64,000 nt of DNA from Perkinsela sp. CCAP 1560/9 (taxonomy: Eukaryota; Protista; Euglenozoa: Kinetoplastea): positions 186,001 through 250,000 of the forward strand of contig CBFFSA010000007.1 in NCBI GenBank assembly GCA_965644495.1, in the 5' to 3' direction. Positions 45,401 to 56,390 of the stretch are shown here, piece after piece. The notes under the pieces were generated by a model. That model saw only the letters and a list, made by a program, of their open reading frames with translations, had not been told where the DNA came from and did not search any database. Position 1 is the first letter of the stretch, and each line of letters starts with the position of its first letter. The translations under genes and the position numbers were made by a program.

Positions 45401-48400
45401 AGGTTCGGACCAACGCGTTGTCCGCTCTGAAAAGTATTGGGATCAAACTGCTGCGGAATGAAACAGCTGAAAAAATGCCTGATAATTGCAGTTTTCTACA
45501 AGTATATGTCCTTCTAAGTAATGCAATCCAATATAGTGTGTCTGAAGATGTATACATTGACTGGCTTCGTACTTCATTATGCTGTGCACTTAACGATCAT
45601 GATAAGTCTCTAGATGACGCCAGCATGTCTTTGGAGAAGCCTTCAGTTGAAGAAATTGTGCGAAGAATATGCCAGATGCTCGCTCAATATCCAATAGTTA
45701 GACAAGTTAGTCTGCTTCAGAATTATTGCAAAGTGGTGAGCTCGGTTGCCAGCGATCGAATGACGTTACCAGTGAAAATCGCGAAACAGATTTGTGGAAT
45801 GTTTTATAGTAGCACGAACTCTCATTCACTTCTTGGGATTAAGTTTTGGGAATATGTCTTACAAGGGTTACGAGAAGTTTTTTGGCTATCAAGTAGAACT
45901 GAAAACTCAGTGTGTGATTCTCCAGATAATAGAAATGCCGTTGCTTATAACATTTCTCAGTGTGAGTCTCTCTACCGACAGGAAGAGTGCTATTCCAGTT
46001 TTTTGTCGACCAAGTATCGGTTTCTCTGTGCTTTGCTGGCAACTTACGAACGCAAATGGTACCTTCTCAATGTGGGGCATTATCTTAGTCACAATAAGTC
46101 AGAAATTGATTGCGCAGCCTCCGAGAACGATGGAATGCAATCGTTACTTGATCCATCCGACTGTTTGCGTCTTGATAACTCGTCACTGCAAAAGCCTGAA
46201 GCTACGTGTTCAAAAGCCGTACTTCTTCTTTTACATATGGCACAGCTGTGTCACGAATACGACACCGGATTGAGGACGATCATAAAATACTACACTTTTA
46301 AACAGCTACGTGAATTACAAAGCCGGCTACAGGAGGATTCGACATGCAGTTTGAACCTCAGTTCCAGTTTGGAATCTTCTAAGAGATTTCTACCGGATAG
46401 TTATGAAGTTCGAATCCGTGTGCGATAATGATTTGTACTTTGACCATGCGGATTTGGTACAGCACATTACATGTATATCGCCAGAAAGATTGGGTACAAG
46501 AAACAGTATCCACATCTCTTGCATGGAAAAAACAAGAGCTAATCCAATTTGTGGATGTTTAAGGTTGGATAACAATAGCTTGAATAGTCTCTCGCTCGAA
46601 TGGGCAGTGGGTCAATCAGTCATGTTTTTTGATGAGGCTTTTGCTTACATACAAGAAGGCTTACCAGAGAGGGATAATTCTCGGAACGAGCAGGTAGTGG
46701 AGCATTTGAAACATCGTACTTCTTCTAGTTTACGTAACGCGGAAGATCATTATCCTACATTAAGAAATAGAGGCTTTATTTCCGCTCGTTTATTACGAAT
46801 GGCGGAGCGCAATATTATTCCACGAACCAAACTTAAAAAGCGAGGCGCGGCAGGTGATATATGTATGTGCCCAATATGATGTATGTGCCCAATATTTGAG
46901 GAAGTGGTTCCCGATATCCCCAATAGTACATTCCTGAATTTACAAATCAACGGCTTAAATTCAGTGCATATTGCACCTCATGATTGTAATAAATCTTTCC
47001 GGAATGAACTGAACGAAATGGATGGTCTACGCCTAAGCCTGGGGTGCACCCACCCGACCGAACTGTTACCATCGATTCCGGTCATCGATAATAGCAGCCT
47101 AAATGGTCAATCAATATTTAAGTGCAGGAACATCGAAAAACCCGATACTTTAACGTGGGGCTCTAGCCGAAAGCGTTTTGTCGTTCCGAACGTAAAACTG
47201 GCGTGGGTAAACCAAACAATCCCGACTCACGCATTCTTGTGGGAAGACTCTCTTAGTGATTTGCTGCGAGTTGCATCACGTGCCCAAGAAGGAATATCCA
47301 GAGAATTGGTTGCAGAGCTGTACGATTTATGCAAATCTGACTATCACAAGACGACAGAACGTGCTCCGGAGCTATTCGTGAATTTCTCCGAGGTTCCGCA
47401 TCACGTATTATTATTTTTTGCCCACAAACTAGAAGAGTTGTCATTTTTTAACTTACTCCCTCGCTCGTTGGTAACCGAATTCCTAGAGGATTCAAAGCTT
47501 ACCATAACCACACGTTCAGTGCGACATATTGCGGAACGATATGCGAACAAAACACACGCGGATGAGATTAATTTCTTTATGTTTTTGTATGATACCGGCA
47601 TGTTACATGCGAGATGTTGTGGTCCACTTGCGAGTCTTTGCACGCAGATATGGGAAGACGCGCGACGAATGAAACATAGAAAGGATTGTTCGGGATGCAC
47701 AATCAACGAATGCTCAACTGACCATATATTCTGTTTGGCTGTATGCGTCATTACGCAAGCCCTCGCGTGTGGAACATATTCGTCGAAAATCGTTGTCACC
47801 AGCCCGATGGTAGACCAGACCGAAGATTTAACGCATTTGCTTCTCCGCATGCTTTCGGAAAAAGCGTTTGATTCGCTAGAATTTCGCAAAATACAGACAA
47901 AAATAGAAGCCGTACCATCTGCTTGCTGGAAAAATGTAATCCCTCAACTGTTTTCTCTTTTGTCACATCCAAACCTAGTAGTTCAGCAAATTTCGCAACA
48001 AATTTCATTGAAAGTGCTAGCAAAATACCCAGCTGAGATAGTTTACCACATATTACGCAGCGTAAGTATTCCCGAAAGAGCTATGCAGGCGCACAGGAGT
48101 CTCATTCAACAGCTCAAGACACAGTATAGTGGAATGTACAATCCACTACTGTCCGAAAATTATTGGTCGAAATTTGCGACGTACTTGAACTACCTGAAGA
48201 AGCTTGCAGAAAAATTTTGCTCCTTCCTAATTTAACGTTAAAACCCTGCATTTCCGATAAAAACGTTTTTCCTTGCACGAAGCTTTCGAAAAGATTACAG
48301 AAGCATAGTTCTGGTGTTCGAAACTTAGTTAATATTCTGAAGCGTCGGTCCATATTTTCGACATACACAGAAGAATTTTGGCATAAACATGGAGCTACTT

Positions 48401-48745
48401 TAACTGAAATATGTCATGGAGTCTCATTACTTCTGGACACTAATTTTTGGACTAGTGAAAGTTCGCAAGAGGTGTCTTCAGGCCATTCTCCGGACGGGGA
48501 CTCGCTATATCGTTTGACTTCCAAAGTTTTAGAAGAATTATCGAAGAAAGATGTAGACGATCACGGTCATAGGAAACTGCGAACCAAGTCATTTTTTTCG
48601 GAGTTACAGTTTCAGGCAGAAGACATTCCAATGCCTGGAATTCCGGGAACTAAACTTCATAGTATAGAACCGTGGCTTGAAGTACTAGGTACAAAGACAA
48701 GGCCTAAAAGGGTAATATTTCGGAGTACTGAAGGTCACGATCATA
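42470..48745 (+). pseudogene. SMG1: SMG1-like PIKK kinase pseudogene
   Basis: Chain of seven adjacent or overlapping + ORFs; WKNVIPQLFSLLSHP and EVLGTKTRPKRVIFRSTEG match SMG1 motifs; cut by a transposon just before the kinase core. Confidence 0.72.
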
Positions 48746-49505
48746 CAGTAGTGTTCAGCCTCTTTTACCCCCCCCCCCTACAGGTCTTGCATTTTGTTCG
48801 ATTTTGGAAATATTTTGTATGGGACTGTTTTTCGACCCAATCGTTCCGAATCCGAGGTCCTTTTCACTCGTGGACACCTGTATCATACCTAAGCCGGAAA
48901 AAAAACTGCAAAAAAGCCGATTTTTTTTTCACAACGTACATTTTTTTCAAAATTGGTACACTTGTTGGTGATTCATGACGAAGAAGCACCGCCCGCTGTG
49001 CTTACCTTCCACGACGCAGGAGCCTCGTGTGTCCCGAGATGCGCACGGCACTCGCGATCGATTGAGAGCGACTTAAGTCCTATAAGACACTCGAAAATTT
49101 TTATAAACTTAGCACCGGGTCCATCATTGAAACTTTTTGCTTTTTTTCTGAATATTAACCGGAAGCGTTTAAGAAAGCCTTCCGGGACTATAGTAAACGT
49201 TTTCTTTTGGTCAAGGAGGCTAAAGTGCATACCAGGAGGCTAAAGTGTATGACTAAATACTAGAGATTACTTTGCACACCTTTTCCACGTCTTCTGACCT
49301 ACTTTACTACTGTTCCTCATCCGAAACATTCAAAAAAATAAACCCAAAAAAATTGTAATTAGCTTTTTTGACCCCTACCTGGCTAGGGGGGGTAGGGGGT
49401 CGCTCGAGTGAAAAGGCCCTCGGATTTGGAACGATTAGGTCGAAAAACGGTGGTATACCAAATATTTCCAAAATCGGACAAAATACAAGACCTGTAGGGG
49501 GGTTA
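48746..49505. mobile_element. Non-autonomous Tc1/mariner-type element inserted in the SMG1-like gene
   Basis: TA|CAGTAGTGTTCAG left end; about 100-bp inverted repeats at 48766-48870 and 49405-49505; right tip missing. Confidence 0.75.
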
Positions 49506-50000
49506 GTTACAGTCGGGGTTAGTTATGCGCCGCTCGTGGAGAAGGGAATTGTATTTCTCACTCTTACGTTGGTGGGCGTTCTCATAGTTTTCCTCCCACG
49601 GCACAGTAAGCTCCAGAATGAACTCTGTACCGTTTTTGAGGAGCACCCAGCCATCAGGTCTTAACAGTGAATCGTTCCGTCTTATCCATGATGGTGAGTC
49701 CCGTTCCCCCGCAAGATCAAAATGAGAGGATGCCGTTTCCGGTGACTGGCGGATGTGCCGCGCTAGAGCCCTCAAGACCATATCATGGCGTAGAGTATAT
49801 CGTCCTTGTTGTAGCGAACGTGTGCAGGTCGAGAGAACGTGACGCACGGGTTGTGTGCTCTCTCTGCAGATCGGACAATTCAGGTCTGAGTGGGCGTTCC
49901 TACCCCACTGAGATAGCGAAGGCAAGGGGGTTAGGGTCATGATTGATGCCATGAAACGCGTGATTTTTTCATTTTTTATGTTGTGGAGCGCAGACGCGAA
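49503..50000 (-). mobile_element. RLE non-LTR retrotransposon fragment (CCHC knuckle + endonuclease)
   Basis: CPICRESTQPVRHVLSTC, GRYTLRHD, LRPDGW, FILELTVPWEE, HQRKSEKY. Confidence 0.85.
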
Positions 50001-50089
50001 TTCTTGGGCGAGTTGGGGTTCGGTGGGGAACTGCCACCCGCACCCCCTCTTGGGTATAGTTGTGTTGTTGATTTCACATCTTTAAAGAT

Positions 50090-50460
50090 AGAGGATAGAG
50101 CTCTATTACCGACTTGCGCCTCTGATACAGTCAGTAATACAGATTATGCGAGACAAGTCTGGGGGTCTCCATTCCATTGTTTGCTGTCACGCCTTTGCCA
50201 TATAATAAAACTCACGCGGAGGGCACGTTGTGAGAGATTCGCTCGACAAATTTTTCTCAGTTCTTCGTCCCCCCCGAATACAGCGTCAAGGTTGCCGGAG
50301 GATGTCAAAAGACGGCGGCGTGCTCCAATTTCGAATACAATAAGGAAAGTATTTGGGTGACCAGTGCGTCGTTCGTGCAGCAGCGCGATGTGTTTAATAC
50401 GCATGTATTAGTTCGCGTGATTGACGTTGTCTTCCCAAGGGATGGTTAGTTCGATTGAGT
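50090..50460 (-). mobile_element. RLE retrotransposon 3' fragment
   Basis: ELTIPWED, FLIVFEIGAR, ALRVSFIIWQRRD; 11-bp stem after the stop. Confidence 0.8.
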
Positions 50461-50494
50461 GAATTCTGGACATTTTCGATAGCTGCGCTAGTAT

Positions 50495-52152
50495 TATAAA
50501 GCGTACGCGGACGACATTACATTCCTTACAAACACACCTCAGGAAATGCAACAGGCAGTCCACGCCCTAACAACAGCACTTTCGAGATTGGGGCTGACAC
50601 TGAACATTGGGAAATGCAGAGTTCAGCACATGTCCGTGGCAACAGGCAGTGGATATACAGGCAGTGGATATACATGTATGTATGACCAGACGCCCGCAGA
50701 TTATGGCCAAAGGCACGCCTATTCCTCACATATGCGATAAAGGGAGTATGTTTTTGGGCATGACACTGGCACCCGGCGCACAACAAGGCAAAATTACCTT
50801 TCAAACTGTTAAGGCGAAACTATCAGGTTGGTTGAGCAGAATCTCTGAGAGCGCTCACGACCCATCCGCTAAGCTTTGGATATACAATCACGCCATCATT
50901 GCTCGCTTGCGCTATGTACTAACAGTCAACCCCGGACTTTCTTTTACTCATATGCTTCGACTGCAGAAACTAGCGACCCGGCACATCCGAAAGTGGCTAA
51001 ATCTCGCTAAAGCCTCAACGAGTGAGCTCCTTTACTCTGAACGTGGTTGGGCCCTCCTGAGCCTGTCCAAATTGTGGCTACACTGCACAGCCCAAAACCT
51101 AAATCAAATGAATGCTTCTCGGGATCCGGCGGTGCAGCACGCATTGCGAATTAAAATTAAGAACGAGAAAAGGCAGCGTTCACGCGGGCATGTGCGCCCG
51201 GCAGCCGTAAAATCAAATGCGCGGTAAAATCAATACCGAGCATGAGGCGCATCTTGTACAAGCGGTATCACGGAGAGCACCTATCGCTGCCAGATGGTTC
51301 GGAGGAACGAACATCGGAGGAACGATGCATCGGAGGAAAGCATGGCAAAAAACTTTGCCGCTGCGGTGTGTAACATCAGGTCGACGCACCTGACGCGATT
51401 TGTCTCCTCTGGCCTCACACAGGCCCCGCTACCTACCAGGGCCGCAATTCACCGCTGGGGCATATCAACCCACACAGACATCATATGCCCGCTATGCAAG
51501 ACAGAGGTACAAACCCCAAGGCACATTCTCGCGGGATGCCGAGTTGCTCTAGATCAAGGGCGTTACACTTTCAGACACGACTTCATCTTACGGGCCCTAG
51601 CTTACCATGTAAGCGAGTCCCCCCATACAACTCTCTCATTTCGACCTACCTGGCATGCGACGCCCTCCAACGTGGCTAGCCGATAATGACGGTATGCTGC
51701 GTCCGGACGGGTGGGTAAAGCTAAGGGACGGGAAAGAGTTCATTATTGAAATAACTTGCCCATGGGAGGAGAATATGCAGGCCGCGCACGAGCGGAAAAT
51801 GCTGAAATACCACCACCTGTGGCATACGCGAAAAGAAAATCATCCCGAAACATACCTATTCGCCCTAGAGATTGGGGCTCGCGGAAGTCTTGAAGACTCG
51901 GCGAGTAAATTAGATATGCTCTTCTGCGAGGAAACAAAGCTGCGATGGAGTGTCGCCAACATTTGGTGACGAGAGCATTTAGGGGGAGTTTCACTATATA
52001 CCAAAATCGGGACCGCGCAAACTGGAAACCCATGGATGTTTGCATTTCGGATGAGTAAACAGGAATAGCCAAACACGTCGTATGCGTGTACGGGATCATA
52101 TATTGTGTGATCCCAGGCTATTTGACTTAATCTCTACAGTATAACTGTATGA
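50495..52152 (+). mobile_element. 5'-truncated RLE retrotransposon copy, frameshifted
   Basis: KAYADDIT at about 50500, CPLC..HILAGC, RYTFRHD, LRPDGW, EITCPWEE, EIGARG; homologous to 56488-57924. Confidence 0.9.
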
Positions 52153-52249
52153 ATCCTTCCTTTATCTTGCCGGCGTCCTTGGTGCAGTGAAGCCTTGCAT
52201 AATCAGCGTACGTGTCTCACGGCTTGCGCTTCTTCCTCACAGATCATAT

Positions 52250-52360
52250 ACTTCGTGCTAAAGGTTTAAGAGTATGCCCGTTTCCGGATAAAGAAAAGGC
52301 GACCTAAGGAAAATGTACCAACAAGGTACAGAAACTGTATCTTTATGTGATAGTACGGTT
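52250..52360 (-). ncRNA. SL RNA: Spliced-leader RNA gene or gene fragment (42-nt exon at 52360-52319)
   Basis: AACCGTACTATCACATAAAGATACAGTTTCTGTACCTTGTTG|GTAC: kinetoplastid core CAGTTTCTGTAC, TTG|GT donor, TGTACC/GGTACA stem across the splice site; 3' end and Sm site not identified. Confidence 0.7.
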
Positions 52361-52637
52361 CCGTTTGTGAGACCCGATGACTCATTGGGTTTTGTCTTTA
52401 TTTTTGGGGTTCCGTTTAGGTTGTTAAGTACGGCGGAAAACTCCTTCGCTAATACAGTTTCGGAAGGGGCGTTCCACCACAGCGACGCAATAGGTGCTCT
52501 CTTTGGTGACCCAGTGCCATAGAAAAGTGAAATTTGGTAAGAGAAGTGTAAAAAGGTGTAAAAGATGATGTATTGCCTGTGTTGCACTTGCTGAAGACCG
52601 TTTTGTATATTCCATTTTTGTTTTTACGATATGATAA

Positions 52638-52865
52638 ATGACGCGGCGATTTAAGGAAATGTTTTCTCCGGGCAATGCTGCGTTTCTGAGTGGTTGGATT
52701 GCAGCGTTCGCCCTAGCTCTTCTCCACATAATGCAATCATGGTCAGCGTGGAAGACTCAAACCCAAGTATCCGATGAACGAAAATGGATCGAATGGCGAC
52801 GAGAACAAGTACGCGCTGCAAGAGAATCTAGACATCAGTCTTTTCTACCAGCTGTGAACTATTGA
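52638..52865 (+). CDS. Small single-TM hypothetical protein
   Basis: 75 aa with a TM segment and charged tail; pyrimidine tract upstream. Confidence 0.45.
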   Translation: MTRRFKEMFSPGNAAFLSGWIAAFALALLHIMQSWSAWKTQTQVSDERKWIEWRREQVRAARESRHQSFLPAVNY

Positions 52866-53342
52866 AGCAAAGTATCCCGGTTTTCGTGGGTACCATACAA
52901 TTGAGCCCTTGTATTTGTATGAAGTGTTCGTGTGAAAATCTTGCCGCTTATCATTCTTCCCATGAGTTTTTACATGTCTCTCGAATTACATTTTCTACAT
53001 TTCAACATCCAATTTTGGAACCGTGTACGCTATCAGGAAACGTACTGGATTTCAGCGGTATGGAAGGCAAGTAAATTTCTTTCTCGTGCTGTACGATGAC
53101 AGTGCCTTTAACTCGTTCCTGTGCAAAAGAACTTTGGCAATAGAGAGACCTTATGACAAATGGTGAATTCAAGCGAATATGTACGATTAATGTAAAAAAT
53201 ATAGGTAAAACAGTAGCACTCGTTTTGTCATTCCGGGCAGAGGTATCTAAATAAAATGATGGGTTAGTTAAAACATTTCTCGAAATTCTGTTTTATTATG
53301 ATTTATTTTATCTTCATATTTAGAAAGTAGCCAAAAATTTAC

Positions 53343-54308
53343 ATGGGAAAAGACTTTTACACCACACTAGGGGTCGATCGCAACGCGAGTCCCGAGGCCA
53401 TCAAAAAAGCTTACAAGAAGCTGGCACTAAAGTATCACCCTGATAAAAATCCCGGCGATAAAGCAGCGGAACAGAAGTTCAAAGAAATCGCCGAGGCATG
53501 TGACGTACTTACAGATGAGAAGAAGAAACAGATCTACGACACTTATGGGGAGGAGGGACTCAAAGGAGGTGTCCCCGAAGGGGGAGCCGGGATGCCGTTT
53601 ACCTCAAGCGACGGAACGACGTTTACTTTTACCTCCGGAGGGGCCGGGACGGACCCTCGTATGTTTTTTCAATCAATGTTTGGTGGGGAAGATCCTTTTG
53701 CGGATCTACTTGGGAGCATGGGGGGTAGTTTTCATACCACCCGGGGTGCGGGATCCAGTCGAGGTCGTCGACAGCGAGCAGCGCCGGATTTTGAGCAGCC
53801 TGTGCGGTGTACGCTGGAGGAGCTTTTCTCAGGATGTACGAAGAAATACAAAGTGGAAAGAACTCTGCAAAGTGGCATGTTAGATAAAAAGCAGTTTGAA
53901 GTGAACGTCCAGCCTGGGTGGAAATCAGGAACGAAGGTGCGTTACGAGCAGGAAGGCGGATACATTTCGGGGTACAATAAACCCTGTGATCTTGTCTTCA
54001 TAGTAGAAGAGAAACCACATGCAAGATTTAAACGGCAAGGGGATGATCTAACATACACCGCAGTGATCAGTCTTACCGAGGCACTGATCGGCACAACGAT
54101 TAAAATTAGTGATTTAGAGGGAAAAGATGTTTCGGTTCCAGTACAAGGCGTCGTTCAAGGAGGTATAGTGCTGCGTGTACCAGGCCATGGAATGATGAGT
54201 AGCAAAAGCAAGCGACGAGGTGATCTGTTGGTCGAACTTCGAGTCCGATTTCCCACTTCTCTTACAGCCAAGCAACAGCAACTAGTACGGGAAGCCAATC
54301 TGCGATAA
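53343..54308 (+). CDS. DnaJ/Hsp40 type II (Sis1/DNAJB-like)
   Basis: J-domain with HPD, G/F region, C-terminal domain, no Zn finger. Confidence 0.95.
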   Translation: MGKDFYTTLGVDRNASPEAIKKAYKKLALKYHPDKNPGDKAAEQKFKEIAEACDVLTDEKKKQIYDTYGEEGLKGGVPEGGAGMPFTSSDGTTFTFTSGGAGTDPRMFFQSMFGGEDPFADLLGSMGGSFHTTRGAGSSRGRRQRAAPDFEQPVRCTLEELFSGCTKKYKVERTLQSGMLDKKQFEVNVQPGWKSGTKVRYEQEGGYISGYNKPCDLVFIVEEKPHARFKRQGDDLTYTAVISLTEALIGTTIKISDLEGKDVSVPVQGVVQGGIVLRVPGHGMMSSKSKRRGDLLVELRVRFPTSLTAKQQQLVREANLR

Positions 54309-54497
54309 ACCGGAACAAGCTAGTTATGTGCACGTGCGAAAAGAAGTAGAAATAGAAAATATCATTCTTATGTCATTGACTCTGTGCTTATCGCCTAACT
54401 TTGAAAATGAAGGAGGTTTTCCTATTTTGCATGACCTGAACTATTGAATCCTAGTTTCGATTAGCACTACTACTGAACAGTGGTGTTCAGCGATATA

Positions 54498-54810
54498 CAG
54501 GGGCGGGCACGAACATGTGGGGGGGGGGGTCAAAATTCGTATAGCTTGTCGAATTTTGGAAGGTAGCACCGCACTGGAGAGCTCTCGCAAAGTTATATGC
54601 CGTCCAACAAGGGAAGGGTCCACAAGTCAGGCCGAGGAGAGGTCAAAAGGCCCGGTCCAGGAATCAGCGAATTGTTTGGGGAAAACCTTGCCCCCCAAGC
54701 AGTATTTCATCCCGCGTGAGGCGAGGCAGAGGGAGACCCCTAACTCCCTGATGTTAGGTAAGGGGAAGCACGAAAGTAGGGGAAAGAGTGGGAAAGTGGG
54801 GAAATTTGTT
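54498..54810. mobile_element. Left end of a Tc1/mariner-type element
   Basis: TA|CAGGGG terminus plus shared subterminal GAGAGCTCTCG motif; interrupted by a Merlin TIR at 54811. Confidence 0.6.
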
Positions 54811-56388
54811 GGGTCACCTGCACTCAAACTGTGCCCAAAAATATTCAAAATTTCAAAAAAATGTCCCCTTCGACCAAATTTCAACATAAAATCGTTCCGA
54901 GTACCATAAAACAATAATTTGAATGATTAGAGCCCATTTAAGGTCACTAGCAAATTCTTGCTTTGTATCATAACGCAGCAAGCTCACGGGGGGTAAACTC
55001 GGATTTTAGTAGAACTGGGTGATTTTCATCAACTCCAAGTTCCATCATTAAGACGAAATAAATATCCTTGCATCGATTGACTCGACGTCCATCTGGGCAT
55101 GTGCACTGAGTGCCATTAGGACCAATATAAATCGTATAGTGACGGTCAGTTGCACCTCGTACCATGTACTTATATTGCCCAGTTTCGTTCCTTCCGTATC
55201 TCCGTCTTAATCGGATATGCTCAACAACTGCTCTGCCCAATCTGGTGGTCGGCATATCTTCAGACGCAGAGCTATCATCACTACAAGTTTCTGATTCTGC
55301 ATCACTTGAACATGAATCATCAGAATCCAGTTCGTGAATTTCGCTATTTTTGGATGAGTGCCTCTCCAGAACGGTCATTAGTTTTTGAAAGCGTTTTTCA
55401 ATTGTTGTCTTAAAGAAAACCGTGCACAAGAATTGTGCGTGCTTGGCATGACTCCAAACTGCTTCCCCATTTGTGGAAAAAGCGCTTGCCATGTCCTTTA
55501 ATACTAGAATGGGATGACTCTGCGTTGTTTATGAATGTTTACGTGGGGAGAGTGTTCTCGAGAAAACGCATCGGCATGGCAAATAGTGAAATGGCGGCAA
55601 AAGGAATTTATTCTCCGATATGCTCTCCACTCATCAGTGATCACCATTGCATTTCGTCCATCTATCACAGATCGGACGAAATCGTGACAGATCTCTCGTG
55701 TGCGTCACAAAGTTGCCTCCCAGTACGTTTGAACAGACTTTCCTCTATTAGAGTCGACTTCTGTAGCTGTCATGAACCAGAACTTGTGTTTTCGAGTTTG
55801 GCTCCCGCGGTGATGCGACCTCTTTCCGATATACGTTTCGTCCACCATTACGTACTTCATTAGGTTATGAGGTCCACGTAAAATGCCGAAAATGTGCTGA
55901 ATTTCAGAAATATACTTATAAATCGAACGAATACATCGAGGAGCTTGTATTGCTATGTTGATTGGGAGGTTACCTTGGGCTACAAGGAGCCAAACGCGAA
56001 ATTTGTCTACAATGTTGCAGTTTAGAGGAAAACGGTGACCAAATTCCGGAAGCTTTAGGCGGCATTTCGATCCGTCTGCAAGTCTTTTGAAACATTTGGT
56101 CTTCCGAGGAACTACTCCACAGCGATAGTATGGCGTACGTTCTCCAAAAAAGTGATTCTTCATCCAAAACACCACATTTTCGGCCGTTATTTGCAAAATT
56201 GACGTGACAAACGCCAAGCAGGCAAATGTAGTACACCCGGAGCATTCCATGATAGACAAATGGAATAAAAAATCGTTGTATGTGGCAAATATCGCTAACT
56301 AATCGAAGAAAACAGTTTTTAACAATTTTCTTTTCTAAAAATTAAAAGTGAAAAAAATCATTCTTGGATACAGTTTGAGTGGAGGATA
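54811..56388 (-). mobile_element. Merlin DNA transposon with disabled transposase and C-terminal SWIM finger
   Basis: Inverted termini sharing CACTCAAACTG (54811-54840, 56361-56388); VMVDETYIGKRSHHRG, VITDEWRAY, NNAES; SWIM CTCPD..CKDIYFVL. Confidence 0.82.
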
Positions 56389-56390
56389 TT

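Noticed and set aside
42470-48745. Programmed frameshifting or RNA editing restoring the PIKK gene
   Set aside because: No common slippery motif; lesions are heterogeneous and include a duplication and a transposon insertion.
52040-52152. Hammerhead ribozyme in the retrotransposon 3' UTR
   Set aside because: A three-way junction is present, but the CUGANGA/GAAA core is not correctly placed and is absent from the other subfamily.
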